Positions 1 to 12,000 are shown, counted from the whole stretch's first letter. The stretch: 63,666 nucleotides of DNA, filler included, from Octopus bimaculoides (GCF_001194135.2; 6 parts of 4 records of this genome joined end to end with filler, not necessarily neighbours in it); one strand, 5' to 3'. Numbers and translations are program-made. Notes: generated by a model from the sequence alone, not told the origin.

Positions 1-58
1 TATATATATACCCATAAAACCTGAGTATCACATATACATACTGAAGTTTTATGGGAGT

Positions 59-420
59 GGTGACCTCGATAAACGAGATGGTGGTAGTGATGGTGCTGGT
101 AGTCGTGGTGTTAGTTGTGGCGGTGGTGTTGGTACTGGCGCTGTTGGTATTGGTGATGACATAATGAGGTTTGTGGCCGTTTGTAGTGGCTTGTTGAAGT
201 TGGTGTTGGTGATGAAGTTGCCAGTGGTTGTGGTGATGGTGATGATGATGCTGATGGTGCTGATAATGGTGGTGTAGGTAACGACCAAAATAATGTTAAG
301 CGTGACTGTGATGCCAGGTGTTTGTTTCGGTGGAGATAACAGTAATGATGAGAGAGTTGGTTAAGGGAATGATGCAGTTCTTGGTGTTGTTGTCGTTGAT
401 GGCGATAGTGGTGTTTTTGT
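59..420. repeat. Degenerate GGT/GTT/GAT trinucleotide-repeat tract
   Basis: Directly visible mosaic triplet repeats; the 49..288 ORF is its by-product. Confidence 0.85.
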
Positions 421-436
421 TGTTGTTTTTTCTTTG

Positions 437-940
437 CTACCCATCATGACTACCCGTCTGGTAAGGGTATGCCAGGAACATGCATCACAACCATATGTCC
501 GCGACATGGTGATCTCATATCAAGATAAACAGCGCATGACCTCGCAGGTGGGGCCCAGTTAGAATTTTCTTCAGGTCGAGTAGCACATCCTGCTCAAAAG
601 GTCCTTGAATAAGGGTTGTTTAAGCATGTTGAACAAAACACTCATGTCAATTATCCAAACTCCAAAGAAATTCCTCTCAATACATGGCGATGATGCTCCC
701 CCACTACTTCTGCTTATGTTCAGAGATGCACATATCGTCAGCCACCAAGGGACATGCTCAACTGGTTATGGTTAAACAACTGACAAGCAAATCTGTGGTA
801 ATGAGCAGAATATTTGCTGCAGTCCATCTTTTATACCAGGACAAACCAATGTACATAACACTTCCAATGACTTAAGATCAGAAGCCATGAGTGCCACTAC
901 CTGGTACTGCATCAGAGCATTATCATTATTATTATTATTA

Positions 941-978
<38 letters not shown>

Positions 979-980
979 TA
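437..980 (+). mobile_element. Dispersed repeat family X (~480 bp body plus (ATT)n tail), retroposon-like
   Basis: Positions ~530-920 match the reverse complement of 20047-20472 (e.g. GGGGCCCAGTTAGAATTTTCTT, CTGACAAGCAAAT, CCTGGTACTGCATCAG); both copies end in a triplet tail. Confidence 0.8.
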
Positions 981-2652
981 TTTATTTTTTTTTTTTTGAG
1001 TGAGTGAGTGAGAGAGCAATAGATGACGAAGACGACGACGGAGAAAAGGAAGAGATTAGTGGTTGGCGACGGGAGCAGCGTTAAGATTGCTTGTAGTGTT
1101 TACAATGCGGAGTGTGTAAGATGATGATGATGATAGTAGTGGCGGTGGTGGAGATGCTGCAAACACTGGTAATATGTGGTGGAGGTGGTGGCAGTGAAAT
1201 GAAGGTGGTAGGCTTAGAGATTCTGTTTGGACAGGTTTCCTTTCATTTGGCACAAACACATTACTTACAGTCACGTGACTTAGTCGACCTTCGACAGTTC
1301 CCATGTTTGTTTATGTGGCTGGTGCTTTCCATAGGTTTCTTTTCCGTTCTCCCTCCCCTCCCCAAACGCCACAAACCGGCACTTTTCTCCCTTACTCTCA
1401 TCGTCTATTTCCCCTGTCACTCTTCCCCCTCTCTCTTCCTCTCCATCCACCCTTCTATATGTATACAAATATATTTCTAAATCTATATATGTATATATAT
1501 ATGTATACATATAAATATATATATATTCATACATAAGTATGTATGTATATATATATATCTACGTATGTATATGTATGTATATGTATGTATATGTATGTAT
1601 ATGTATATATACATACNNNNNNNNNNNNNNNNNNNNNNNNNNNNNNNNNNNNNNNNNNNNNNNNNNNNNNNNNNNNNNNNNNNNNNNNNNNNNNNNNNNN
1701 NNNNNNNNNNNNNNNNNNNNNNNNNNNNNNNNNNNNNNNNNNNNNNNNNNNNNNNNNNNNNNNNNNNNNNNNNNNNNNNNNNNNNNNNNNNNNNNNNNNN
1801 NNNNNNNNNNNNNNNNNNNNNNNNNNNNNNNNNNNNNNNNNNNNNNNNNNNNNNNNNNNNNNNNNNNNNNNNNNNNNNNNNNNNNNNNNNNNNNNNNNNN
1901 NNNNNNNNNNNNNNNNNNNNNNNNNNNNNNNNNNNNNNNNNNNNNNNNNNNNNNNNNNNNNNNNNNNNNNNNNNNNNNNNNNNNNNNNNNNNNNNNNNNN
2001 NNNNNNNNNNNNNNNNNNNNNNNNNNNNNNNNNNNNNNNNNNNNNNNNNNNNNNNNNNNNNNNNNNNNNNNNNNNNNNNNNNNNNNNNNNNNNNNNNNNN
2101 NNNNNNNNNNNNNNNNNNNNNNNNNNNNNNNNNNNNNNNNNNNNNNNNNNNNNNNNNNNNNNNNNNNNNNNNNNNNNNNNNNNNNNNNNNNNNNNNNNNN
2201 NNNNNNNNNNNNNNNNNNNNNNNNNNNNNNNNNNNNNNNNNNNNNNNNNNNNNNNNNNNNNNNNNNNNNNNNNNNNNNNNNNNNNNNNNNNNNNNNNNNN
2301 NNNNNNNNNNNNNNNNNNNNNNNNNNNNNNNNNNNNNNNNNNNNNNNNNNNNNNNNNNNNNNNNNNNNNNNNNNNNNNNNNNNNNNNNNNNNNNNNNNNN
2401 NNNNNNNNNNNNNNNNNNNNNNNNNNNNNNNNNNNNNNNNNNNNNNNNNNNNNNNNNNNNNNNNNNNNNNNNNNNNNNNNNNNNNNNNNNNNNNNNNNNN
2501 NNNNNNNNNNNNNNNNNNNNNNNNNNNNNNNNNNNNNNNNNNNNNNNNNNNNNNNNNNNNNNNNNNNNNNTATATATATATCCACATACACACTTAAAAT
2601 TTATATATGCTTATATATATCATATATATATATATGTATATATATATATATG

Positions 2653-2683
<31 letters not shown>

Positions 2684-2770
2684 TTAAAATTTATATACGC
2701 TTATACATATCATAGTATTTACATATATGTATATACATGTGTATGTATATGTATATATATGTATATATAT

Positions 2771-2817
<47 letters not shown>

Positions 2818-2880
2818 TGTGTGGCAGTGTGTAGTGTGAATGTGGGTGTAATGTGAGCGTGGGTGTGAGCCTTTGTGTCT

Positions 2881-2990
2881 GTGTTGGTGTGTTTACATTC
2901 CAGTAATCTAGTGGTTCGACAAATAAAACTGAAGTCTTTCAAGGCAGTGCCTCGGCATGGCCACAGTCGGATGACAGAAGCAAGTGAAAC
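2881..2990 (+). mobile_element. SINE family A, 3' fragment (diverged)
   Basis: GTGTTGGTGTGTTTAC...GGCATGGCCACAGTC...GACAGAAGCAAGTGAAA matches the 3' part of 55235-55617 and 59085-59290. Confidence 0.7.
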
Positions 2991-3342
2991 CTATAAGATA
3001 TACTTTACATGTGTGTAAATACTTATATATAGGGTAAATGAATGGCTACGGTTTCCGTGCGTTGACACTTATCAAAGCTTGCCAATTATAAATATAAACA
3101 CGCATACTCATCTCTTGGGCTCTCTCTTCTTGCTTGCAATACCTTATATATATATATATATATATATGTACATTGTAATGACTTTTTGCCAACATAATGT
3201 GGCAGTCACAGGATGAGACGAATGTTACTGCTATTTAGCTCCAGGAATCATCGTTTCCAGCTGGCTATATGACACTAAATATTCTGTATCCTTATGTTTT
3301 CGAACACAGGAGATCAGCACCTCCACTCAGCATAACTCTGCA

Positions 3343-3385
3343 TCCACGGACCGGTTTCTGGGTTATTGCTTTTTATCAGCGTGGA
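3343..3385 (-). ncRNA. Degenerate type I hammerhead ribozyme (core G8>A) within a ~220-bp repeat-like segment (~3200-3420)
   Basis: Minus strand reads UCCACG-CUGAUAA-AAAGCAAUAACCCA-GAA-ACCGGU-C-CGUGGA: 6-bp stem I, palindromic stem III, GUC cleavage triplet; stem II is decayed. Confidence 0.6.
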
Positions 3386-4244
3386 GTAGCTGATGCTAGA
3401 TGCCACTACTGAACTGCTGTCGAAAATATATAAATTTCAAAGTGACACACAGTTACTGATCTACAAAATAGAAATATTATTTCGAAATCTCTCAAAGACA
3501 GATATAGAGTAACACCACTATAAAGTAATAACTACCATTACTTTATAGTGCTGTTACTGTATATCTCTCTTCTTTGAGAGATTTAAAAATAATAATGATA
3601 ATATATATATATGTGTATATATATATATATATNNNNNNNNNNNNNNNNNNNNNNNNNNNNNNNNNNNNNNNNNNNNNNNNNNNNNNNNNNNNNNNNNNNN
3701 NNNNNNNNNNNNNNNNNNNNNNNNNNNNNNNNNNNNNNNNNNNNNNNNNNNNNNNNNNNNNNNNNNNNNNNNNNNNNNNNNNNNNNNNNNNNNNNNNNNN
3801 NNNNNNNNNNNNNNNNNNNNNNNNNNNNNNNNNNNNNNNNNNNNNNNNNNNNNNNNNNNNNNNNNNNNNNNNNNNNNNNNNNNNNNNNNNNNNNNNNNNN
3901 NNNNNNNNNNNNNNNNNNNNNNNNNNNNNNNNNNNNNNNNNNNNNNNNNNNNNNNNNNNNNNNNNNNNNNNNNNNNNNNNNNNNNNNNNNNNNNNNNNNN
4001 NNNNNNNNNNNNNNNNNNNNNNNNNNNNNNNNNNNNNNNNNNNNNNNNNNNNNNNNNNNNNNNNNNNNNNNNNNNNNNNNNNNNNNNNNNNNNNNNNNNN
4101 NNNNNNNNNNNNNNNNNNNNNNNNNNNNNNNNNNNNNNNNNNNNNNNNNNNNNNNNNNNNNNNNNNNNNNNNNNNNNNNNNNNNNNNNNNNNNNNNNNNN
4201 NNNNNNNNNNNNNNNNTATATATATAAGAGTGTATAAAGATATA

Positions 4245-4797
4245 TACACAAAGAGAAGACCCATGACAGGACTTCTTACATGCTAAAAAGTGCAGTTAAA
4301 CCCAAACCACGAGAAAAGTAATTCTAAGGCACGCTGATAATGGCACTAGAATGAAAGGAATTATTTCCAGTGAGTCCCATACTTGAGTTGCCCTATTAAT
4401 GAGCAAACAGCTTAATTTGTCATCCGTAGTTCATCGGTAGGATGGCTAAAAGAATACATAATTATGTAGCTTAATACGTAGCGAATAAACATGTGCGTGC
4501 TGCATCCTTATTTGTTATGGATTCAAATCAAGCGCGCAAGCGCAGTGACATAGCCAGCAGCAAATAATAAATTTAGGCTACGTACTATTAGCTTTAGAAT
4601 TGGGAAATTTTACTGTGTAAATTATTAGGGTAAAAAATGTGCTCATCAATAGGGAAACTCGAGTATGGGATTAACTGAAAATAATTCCTTTCATTCTAGT
4701 GCCATTATCGGCGTGACTTTACAATTATTCTTTTCGTGGTTCGGGTTTAACTGTCCTTTTTGCATGAAAGTCCTGTTAGGAGATTTCTCTTTGTGTA
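4245..4797. mobile_element. Foldback/MITE-like element with ~160-bp terminal inverted repeats
   Basis: 4245-4405 is the imperfect reverse complement of 4640-4797 (TACACAAAGAGA...GATAATGGCACTAGAATGAAAGGAATTAT...CCCATACT..AGTT.CCCTATT.ATGAGCA); spacer about 235 bp. Confidence 0.7.
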
Positions 4798-4830
4798 NNN
4801 NNNNNNNNNNNNNNNNNNNNNNNNNNNNNN

Positions 4831-4904
<74 letters not shown>

Positions 4905-6197
4905 TCGTGATGGACATCTTTCATTTTCCGTCAACCAAATCCACTCTATTTGTCTGTCAGCCTATCTTTCCCTCTCTTAACACTTCCTCTTCCATACCAC
5001 GTTACCGGTGCCCGCCAAAAGCGGTGTCGTTCTTTTTCGCCCTACCTTTCATGGTCACGCTGTTCTCGACTCCTGCTATGTCCGTTCAGTCCTCTAGGAC
5101 TTACTCTATTTCCTATTTGCGCAACTCCACTCAGTTCGTTCGACAGCTGCAAAGCTCTTTCTGTTGTATTTGTGGTATATGTCTAATTTTTTCTTCGTTT
5201 GTATATAGCTGCAAGGCTTTATGCTGTTATATTTGTTGTCTGCTGTATTTATATAATGACTTGTTTGATTCTATCTTAGTACACATTCGCTAGCTTTTTT
5301 GCCCGGTAGCTTGATAAAACCACTGGCGCCTTAGAGTTGAGCAGTATCAACGGCAACTGGCGTGAAACTGCTATGATATTTTGCGTCTTTGACTGAAGGT
5401 GAAAACTCAGCTGTGAATATTCCGTGTATCGTGTCGTTGTCTAATTTCTCGTCCGTTTAGTTTTTGCCTACTCTGCTTTCGTCAAACGTTTCTCGTTGTA
5501 TTCTTTCTGTTCAACCTTTGATACATACGTACAAATATATATATATATATATATANNNNNNNNNNNNNNNNNNNNNNNNNNNNNNNNNNNNNNNNNNNNN
5601 NNNNNNNNNNNNNNNNNNNNNNNNNNNNNNNNNNNNNNNNNNNNNNNNNNNNNNNNNNNNNNNNNNNNNNNNNNNNNNNNNNNNNNNNNNNNNNNNNNNN
5701 NNNNNNNNNNNNNNNNNNNNNNNNNNNNNNNNNNNNNNNNNNNNNNNNNNNNNNNNNNNNNNNNNNNNNNNNNNNNNNNNNNNNNNNNNNNNNNNNNNNN
5801 NNNNNNNNNNNNNNNNNNNNNNNNNNNNNNNNNNNNNNNNNNNNNNNNNNNNNNNNNNNNNNNNNNNNNNNNNNNNNNNNNNNNNNNNNNNNNNNNNNNN
5901 NNNNNNNNNNNNNNNNNNNNNNNNNNNNNNNNNNNNNNNNNNNNNNNNNNNNNNNNNNNNNNNNNNNNNNNNNNNNNNNNNNNNNNNNNNNNNNNNNNNN
6001 NNNNNNNNNNNNNNNNNNNNNNNNNNNNNNNNNNNNNNNNNNNNNNNNNNNNNNNNNNNNNNNNNNNNNNNNNNNNNNNNNNNNNNNNNNNNNNNNNNNN
6101 NNNNNNNNNNNNNNNNNNNNNNNNNNNNNNNNNNNNNNNNNNNNNNNNNNNNNNNNNNNNNNNNNNNNNNNNNNNNNNNNNNNNNNNNNNNNNNNNN

Positions 6198-6233
<36 letters not shown>

Positions 6234-6768
6234 TATACATACATATATGTACATACATGTAGAAATATAATAATGAATATATTATGTATATGAATGTATA
6301 TGTGTGATGAAATAATACATTAAACTATATTTTCAGTCTATTGCTTAAAAGTTTTCGCCAATAAAACTGGGAACTCGTTTTGTTCCTAATTGATCGATTG
6401 TCGTATATAATATCAAGCTATATCACTCGCGCAGGTGTCTTTGTGCTCGCGTTTGTGTGTCTGTGTATGAGCCGCCATCTTTTATAAAATTAGCTGGTGT
6501 TTTAGTTTGAATTTTTGAAATTCTTTATTTTAAATATAGATTATGAAATTTTAGTGAAAAAATGTATTTCTCGGAAACCTTACGACAAATATTTGCGATT
6601 TCATTTTGTTGATAAAACCCGTTATTCCAATCATTGCAAAACCTGTCACAGCATTTCTGGGAATGTAGCTCTTTCACTTTCCATCCCTTACAATTATCGC
6701 CTCCGGTTCTCTGTCACTCATTAAGCCGCTCAATTTCTTTGATAGTGTGCACTAAATTAACACCGAAA

Positions 6769-6834
6769 CACATATAGGAACACATATAGGGACAGACACA
6801 CATATAGGGACAGATACACATATAGGGACAGACA
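6769..6834. repeat. 18-bp tandem repeat CACATATAGGGACAGACA, 3 copies plus a partial
   Basis: Directly visible. Confidence 0.85.
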
Positions 6835-7749
6835 TACAAACCCCAGTAATACATTTGATTACGTAGACAAACAGGTTGGCAAGATATTTACTTTTTACCT
6901 GCTTTCAATGGCTATATAAGAAATGTATCCGAGATATACTTTGGTTCAATTTACTCTTTATAAAATGCTTCCCTTTTCTTTTGTTTTCCTTTTTTTTTTT
7001 TTTTGTTATTTTGCTGCATGGAAAAAAAAATTAGACAGCCTTATCTCCACAGCTTTGAAACTAGTGATAGTTTATCTGTGTCAAACATCACACCCACTCA
7101 TATGTACAAGTGCAGACACACACGTACGCGCGCGCACACACACACGTACGCGCGCGCACACACACAAACACACACATACACGCACACATATAATTGTGTG
7201 TGTATGTATGTGTATATTATATGCACATATATAAACATATATATATATATATGTGTATGTACATGTGCGTCTTTGTATGTATATATATATAGATTTGTGT
7301 GTGTATACTTATATGCATGCGTATATATAATCATATATGAGTACATATGTATATATATATATATATANNNNNNNNNNNNNNNNNNNNNNNNNNNNNNNNN
7401 NNNNNNNNNNNNNNNNNNNNNNNNNNNNNNNNNNNNNNNNNNNNNNNNNNNNNNNNNNNNNNNNNNNNNNNNNNNNNNNNNNNNNNNNNNNNNNNNNNNN
7501 NNNNNNNNNNNNNNNNNNNNNNNNNNNNNNNNNNNNNNNNNNNNNNNNNNNNNNNNNNNNNNNNNNNNNNNNNNNNNNNNNNNNNNNNNNNNNNNNNNNN
7601 NNNNNNNNNNNNNNNNNNNNNNNNNNNNNNNNNNNNNNNNNNNNNNNNNNNNNNNNNNNNNNNNNNNNNNNNNNNNNNNNNNNNNNNNNNNNNNNNNNNN
7701 NNNNNNNNNNNNNNNNNNNNNNNNNNNNNNNNNNNNNNNNNNNNNNNNN

Positions 7750-7787
<38 letters not shown>

Positions 7788-8200
7788 GCACAAACACATA
7801 CAGACGCAAACAAACCTCTCTCATACACACATACACACATGTGCATATGTAGACCAACCTGTTGGCGAATTATTTACCTGCCCTAAACGACCACATAAGA
7901 AAATTGGTCGTGATAAACTTTGGTATAATTTACTTCTTAGAACAGGATTTTCTTGCTAATTTTTCGCTGTTTTGTTTCCGTTGTTACTCATCGGGTTGTG
8001 CTGGTTATGAAACAAACTAAAGATTACCCGTCGTAAGACGGCTGACTTTGAAGTATAAATTCAACATCGATTTTTCAGAAACTTCAGTGCTAGAGCCTTT
8101 CCTTCTCACTGTTCTTTTTTCCCCCCGAAACCTGGGCTGATTATCTTGGTCAACAGACTGTAAATTAAAGAAATATCAAATTTAATTACATGATAATCTC

Positions 8201-8293
8201 AGATGTGGTTCTGTGGTTAAAAGCTTGCTTCTCAGCCACATGATTCCGGGTTCAGCCCCACTTTGTGGCACCTTGCGGCAAGCGTCTTCTCTA
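8201..8293 (+). mobile_element. SINE family A, tRNA-like head fragment
   Basis: GTGGTTAAAAGCTTGCTT...CCACATGATTCCGGGTTCAGCCCCACT...GGCACCTTG, matching the other A heads. Confidence 0.7.
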
Positions 8294-8481
8294 TGTGTGC
8301 ATGTGTGTATACATCCCTCTCCTCCTCTTCCTTCTGTGACTCTCATTGTGTCCATTTACTCATTGCCTGCCACAAAACCTGAACTCGTCTTACACCTCTT
8401 ATATTAACTCTCACTGTATCTCTATTCTCTTTTCACCTCGCTCTATATGATATAAAGTTAGCGGAAACACCTAAAACTGAT

Positions 8482-8620
8482 AATTCCACCGAGTTCGACC
8501 TTACCTTTCATTATTTCCAGTTCAGTAAAACAAGTACCACTTGTGCAATGGGGTTGATACAATCGACATATGTCCTCCCCCAAAACTGCTGGCTCTGTGC
8601 GAAAATCTGAAACCAATAAT
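8482..8620 (+). mobile_element. SINE family B, 3' fragment
   Basis: AATTCCACCGAGTTCGACCTTACCTTTCAT...AAGTACCA...GGGGTTGAT...CTGTGCGAAAATCTGAAACC. Confidence 0.65.
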
Positions 8621-8741
8621 GAGGCTGGTGTTAAGAGAAGACACTTTGACCGGTGCTCATTAGATTGTAAAATTTATGCGATGAGTTTGTGTTCCCATAT
8701 TTTCATTTGTACTTTTCCAACGTTTTGTATGCTCACTTTGT

Positions 8742-9120
8742 GGAGGCGCAATGGCCCAGTGGTTAGGGATCGAAGTCATGGGATCGCTGTTTCGACTCCC
8801 AGACCGGGCGTTGTCAGTGTTTATTGAGGGAAAGCACCTAAAGCTCCACGAGGCTCCGGCAGGGGATGGTGGCGAACCCTGCTGTACTCTTTCACCACAA
8901 CTTTCTCTCACTCTTACTTCCTGTTTCCGGTGTGTCTGTAATTCAAAGGGCCAGCCTTGTCACACTCTGTGTCACGCTGAATATCCCCGAGAACTACGTT
9001 AAGGGTACACGTGTCTGTGGAGTGCTCAGCCACTTGCACGTTAATTTCACGAGCAGGCTGTTCCGTTGATCGGATCAGCAGGAATCCTCGTCGTCGTAAG
9101 CGACGGAGTGCCAACAACAA
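8742..9120 (+). mobile_element. SINE family D, apparently full length (tRNA head, conserved core, CAA tail)
   Basis: A box TGGCCCAGTGG, B box GTTTCGACTCCC; homologous copies at 22387 and 41445; ends GGAGTGCCAACAACAA. Confidence 0.85.
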
Positions 9121-9352
9121 TCTGCTCACTTTACTTTGCCCAATATGTAAACTTGGTGATTCGCGTTCGAACGTAGGTGTTTTCCATATAGGAATTGCTT
9201 TATAAATATGACGACTTGAAAACACATTTCCCTTCTGGTTGATGAAGATGAAGATCAATTAGTAGATTTATTTTTCCCCCGAACACTCAGAAACGTTGCA
9301 GTTTACATACAATTTATATTGATTACAAATTTTGACATAAGACTCCGGCTGC

Positions 9353-9436
9353 ATTTGAAATCAGAATGTAAGGTCGGAAAAAATACCGCTAAGTATTTTC
9401 CCTAGCATACTAACGATTCTGCCAATTCGCCGCCTT
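9353..9436 (-). mobile_element. SINE family B head
   Basis: Reverse complement reads AAGGCGGCGAATTGGCAGAATCGTTAGTATGC...CTTAGCGGTATTT...TTCTGATTTCAAAT. Confidence 0.75.
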
Positions 9437-9454
9437 AGATGGAAGTTATACTTA

Positions 9455-9536
9455 TTTCAAATTTTGGAACAAAAAGGCAGCAGTTTCAGGGAAGGGAGTG
9501 AGTCAATTACATTGACCCCCAGTGCTCAACTGCTAC
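9455..9536 (-). mobile_element. SINE family B 3' fragment
   Basis: TTTCAAATTTTGG...GAGTCAATTACATTGACCCCCAGTGCTCAACTG is the reverse complement of the B tail. Confidence 0.6.
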
Positions 9537-9577
9537 GTCTATCCTAGTAAATAACATGGTGCATTTCCGTCTTAGCT

Positions 9578-9780
9578 AGGTAACGAGCTGGTAAAGCTGT
9601 TATCTTGCCGGGCAAAATGCTTAGCGGTATTTCGTCCATTTTTGCGTTCTGAGTTCAAATTTCACCGAGGTCGAATTTACCTTTCATCCTTTCGGGATCG
9701 ATAATATAAGTTCCAGTCATGTACTCGAATTCTTCTCAGCTCAAAATCTGCTGGCCCTGTGCCAAAATTTGAATCCAATC
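9578..9780 (+). mobile_element. SINE family B
   Basis: Head GAGCTGG...GCCGGGCAAAATGCTTAGCGGTATTTCG, B-box-like GAGTTCAAATT, tail TGTGCCAAAATTTGAA. Confidence 0.8.
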
Positions 9781-10060
9781 TTTCTGTTTTAGCTGATGAG
9801 AATCATATATTTCATATTTTACGTAATATTGTTGCGTATTTCTGTTTAAGTTAAAAATATATATTTCTGTTTTAGCTGTTATTACGGTATATTTCTGTTT
9901 AAATTGATAATACAATGTGTTTCTGCTATAGCAGTTAATATATTATATTTCTATGTTGATTAATAATAGGGTATAATTCTGTTTTACTTAATAACATGGT
10001 ACATTTCGGTTGTAGATCATAATATAGCGTGTGGCTGTTTTAGCTAATATTAAGGATATC
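9781..10060. repeat. Old degenerate ~30-bp minisatellite (TATTTCTGTTTTAGCT... units)
   Basis: Recurrent TTTCTGTTT(T)AG motif at ~30-bp spacing; a similar unit precedes the SINE at 9545-9577. Confidence 0.55.
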
Positions 10061-10655
10061 CTTCTGGCTTGGTTGATTCTCCAATACCTGAAATCCTCAG
10101 ACATGTTTCTCGTGAATCCTACTCTGATAAATTATCATTAACTCTTTCATACTAACGAACACTGCGTATTTGGATCTGTATATGACGTATTCTTGCTATA
10201 AACATACGGTAATTAATCTACAGGTAGAAATTAGACCCTCAGGGGTGACATTTTATAAGATAGTAAATGTATCAAACATACGTTGTGACATACACCAGCA
10301 TGCAGGGAGTGCACTTTAACTGCGCTGGTATACTGGGAATGCACTACAACACCCTTGCATACATAAATACTAGCAGTGCACTTTAACAGTCACAGAAGCA
10401 GCAGCAGTATACAGATGTTGCACTTGAAACAAACAAGGTTACGACAATACACTTCTCTCATTCGCTTTTCCTCTTCTCCTTTTCGTTTCCCTCTCTCTCC
10501 CCTCTCCTTTCCACACATGTATGCATGTTTGTAGAAGTATATATGCGCATATCTATGGAAGTATGTGTATATGTATGGAAGTATGTGTATATGTATGGAA
10601 GTATGTATATGTGTGAGTGTGCATGTGTGTGTGCTTATGTATATGTGTCTGTGTA

Positions 10656-10708
<53 letters not shown>

Positions 10709-10853
10709 NNNNNNNNNNNNNNNNNNNNNNNNNNNNNNNNNNNNNNNNNNNNNNNNNNNNNNNNNNNNNNNNNNNNNNNNNNNNNNNNNNNNNNNNNNNN
10801 NNNNNTATATGTATATATGCAAGTATGTATATACATGTACCTATATATACATG

Positions 10854-10893
<40 letters not shown>

Positions 10894-10933
10894 ATATCGA
10901 TTATATGCCTTATATAAATATTATATATGTATA

Positions 10934-10967
<34 letters not shown>

Positions 10968-11322
10968 TATATTCCTATTATATAAACATACATATACATA
11001 TATACACGTATCTAAAATACACAAACCTTGACAAACGTTATCTTCCCGAAACAAAGCACAATAAATAAAGCTATCTTGTGTATAATTAAGATATAATGAG
11101 TTTCTGTTTGAGCTTCTTTCTACTGGATGTCTACAGATATTATGGCTGACTGCACACACGAATCACTATCCTACTTCTTGGAGTACACAGAGTTTTGGTT
11201 TTTTAAAGTTATGTTCAAGTCGAGCCAGCATAGTTTTATGTTCTTTTGGAATTATTCTGTTGAAAAATATTGGTAACTTTTAAAATGTTCTTGGTTAAAA
11301 TCAACGAGTTGTTTAATATTTG

Positions 11323-11449
11323 TTTCAAACTTTGTCACAGGGCCAGCAAAGTCGACCTCGGTAGAATTTGAACTCAGAACGTAAACACAGACGAAATACC
11401 GCTAAGCATTTTGCCCGGCTTGCTAACGATTCTGACAACTCACCACCTT
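11323..11449 (-). mobile_element. SINE family B, internally deleted
   Basis: Head (reverse complement AAGGTGGTGAGTTGTCAGAATCGTTAGC) joined directly to the tail after GTCGACTTT. Confidence 0.8.
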
Positions 11450-11479
11450 AAGGAGTTGTTTGATATTAATGATCACATT

Positions 11480-11687
11480 GGCCGCGTGCTGGCAGACTCG
11501 TTAGCACGCCGGGCAAAATACTTAGTGGCATTTCGTCTGTCCATAAGTACGGAGTTCAAATTCCGCCGTGGTCGACTTTGCTTTTCATCCTTTCAGGGTC
11601 GATAGATTAAGTACCTGTTGCGTATTGGGGTCGATCTAATTGACTCACAAAATTTTGGGTTTTATGCCTAGAGTAGAAAAGAATATT
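11480..11687 (+). mobile_element. SINE family B (GCCTAGAGTAGAAAAG tail variant)
   Basis: GCTGGCAGACTCGTTAGCACGCCGGGC...GAGTTCAAATTCCGCCGTGGTCGACTTTGC...TAAGTACC...GGGGTCGATCTAAT. Confidence 0.85.
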
Positions 11688-11786
11688 TTGATAAACTTGA
11701 AGGCGTCCAGCAGACCTAATCGTTCGCACGCCAGGTTTGACCTAATGTTATGGTGCAAGTCTATCTGCTGTATTTCTGCTTAAGCT

Positions 11787-12000
11787 AGGCGGCAAGCTGG
11801 TAGAATCGTTAGCACGCTGAGCAAAATGATTATCGGCATTTCACCCGTGCTTATGTTCTGAGTTCAAATTCCACTAAGAGCGATTTTGCGTTTCATCCTC
11901 TCAGGGTCGATAAAGTAAGTACCAGCTGCGTACTGGGGTTGATGCTATTGACTTACCCCCTCTCCAAAATTGCTTGCCTTCTGCCAAAATTTGAAATCAC
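11787..12000 (+). mobile_element. SINE family B
   Basis: AGGCGGCAAGCTGGTAGAATCGTTAGCACG...GAGTTCAAATTCC...GCCAAAATTTGAAA. Confidence 0.85.

Noticed and set aside
3044-3078. Hammerhead-like UUGAUAA-GUG/CAC-GGAAACCGU on the minus strand
   Set aside because: Two core mismatches and no adjacent stem I pairing.
7860-7959. RDKLWYNL resembling the PLE WFNPP motif
   Set aside because: Too short, and flanking residues do not continue the pattern.
8742-8815. tRNA genes at SINE heads (also 22387, 29401, 47391, 60952)
   Set aside because: A/B boxes are present, but no full cloverleaf acceptor stem; they continue into repeat bodies, so they are SINE heads.
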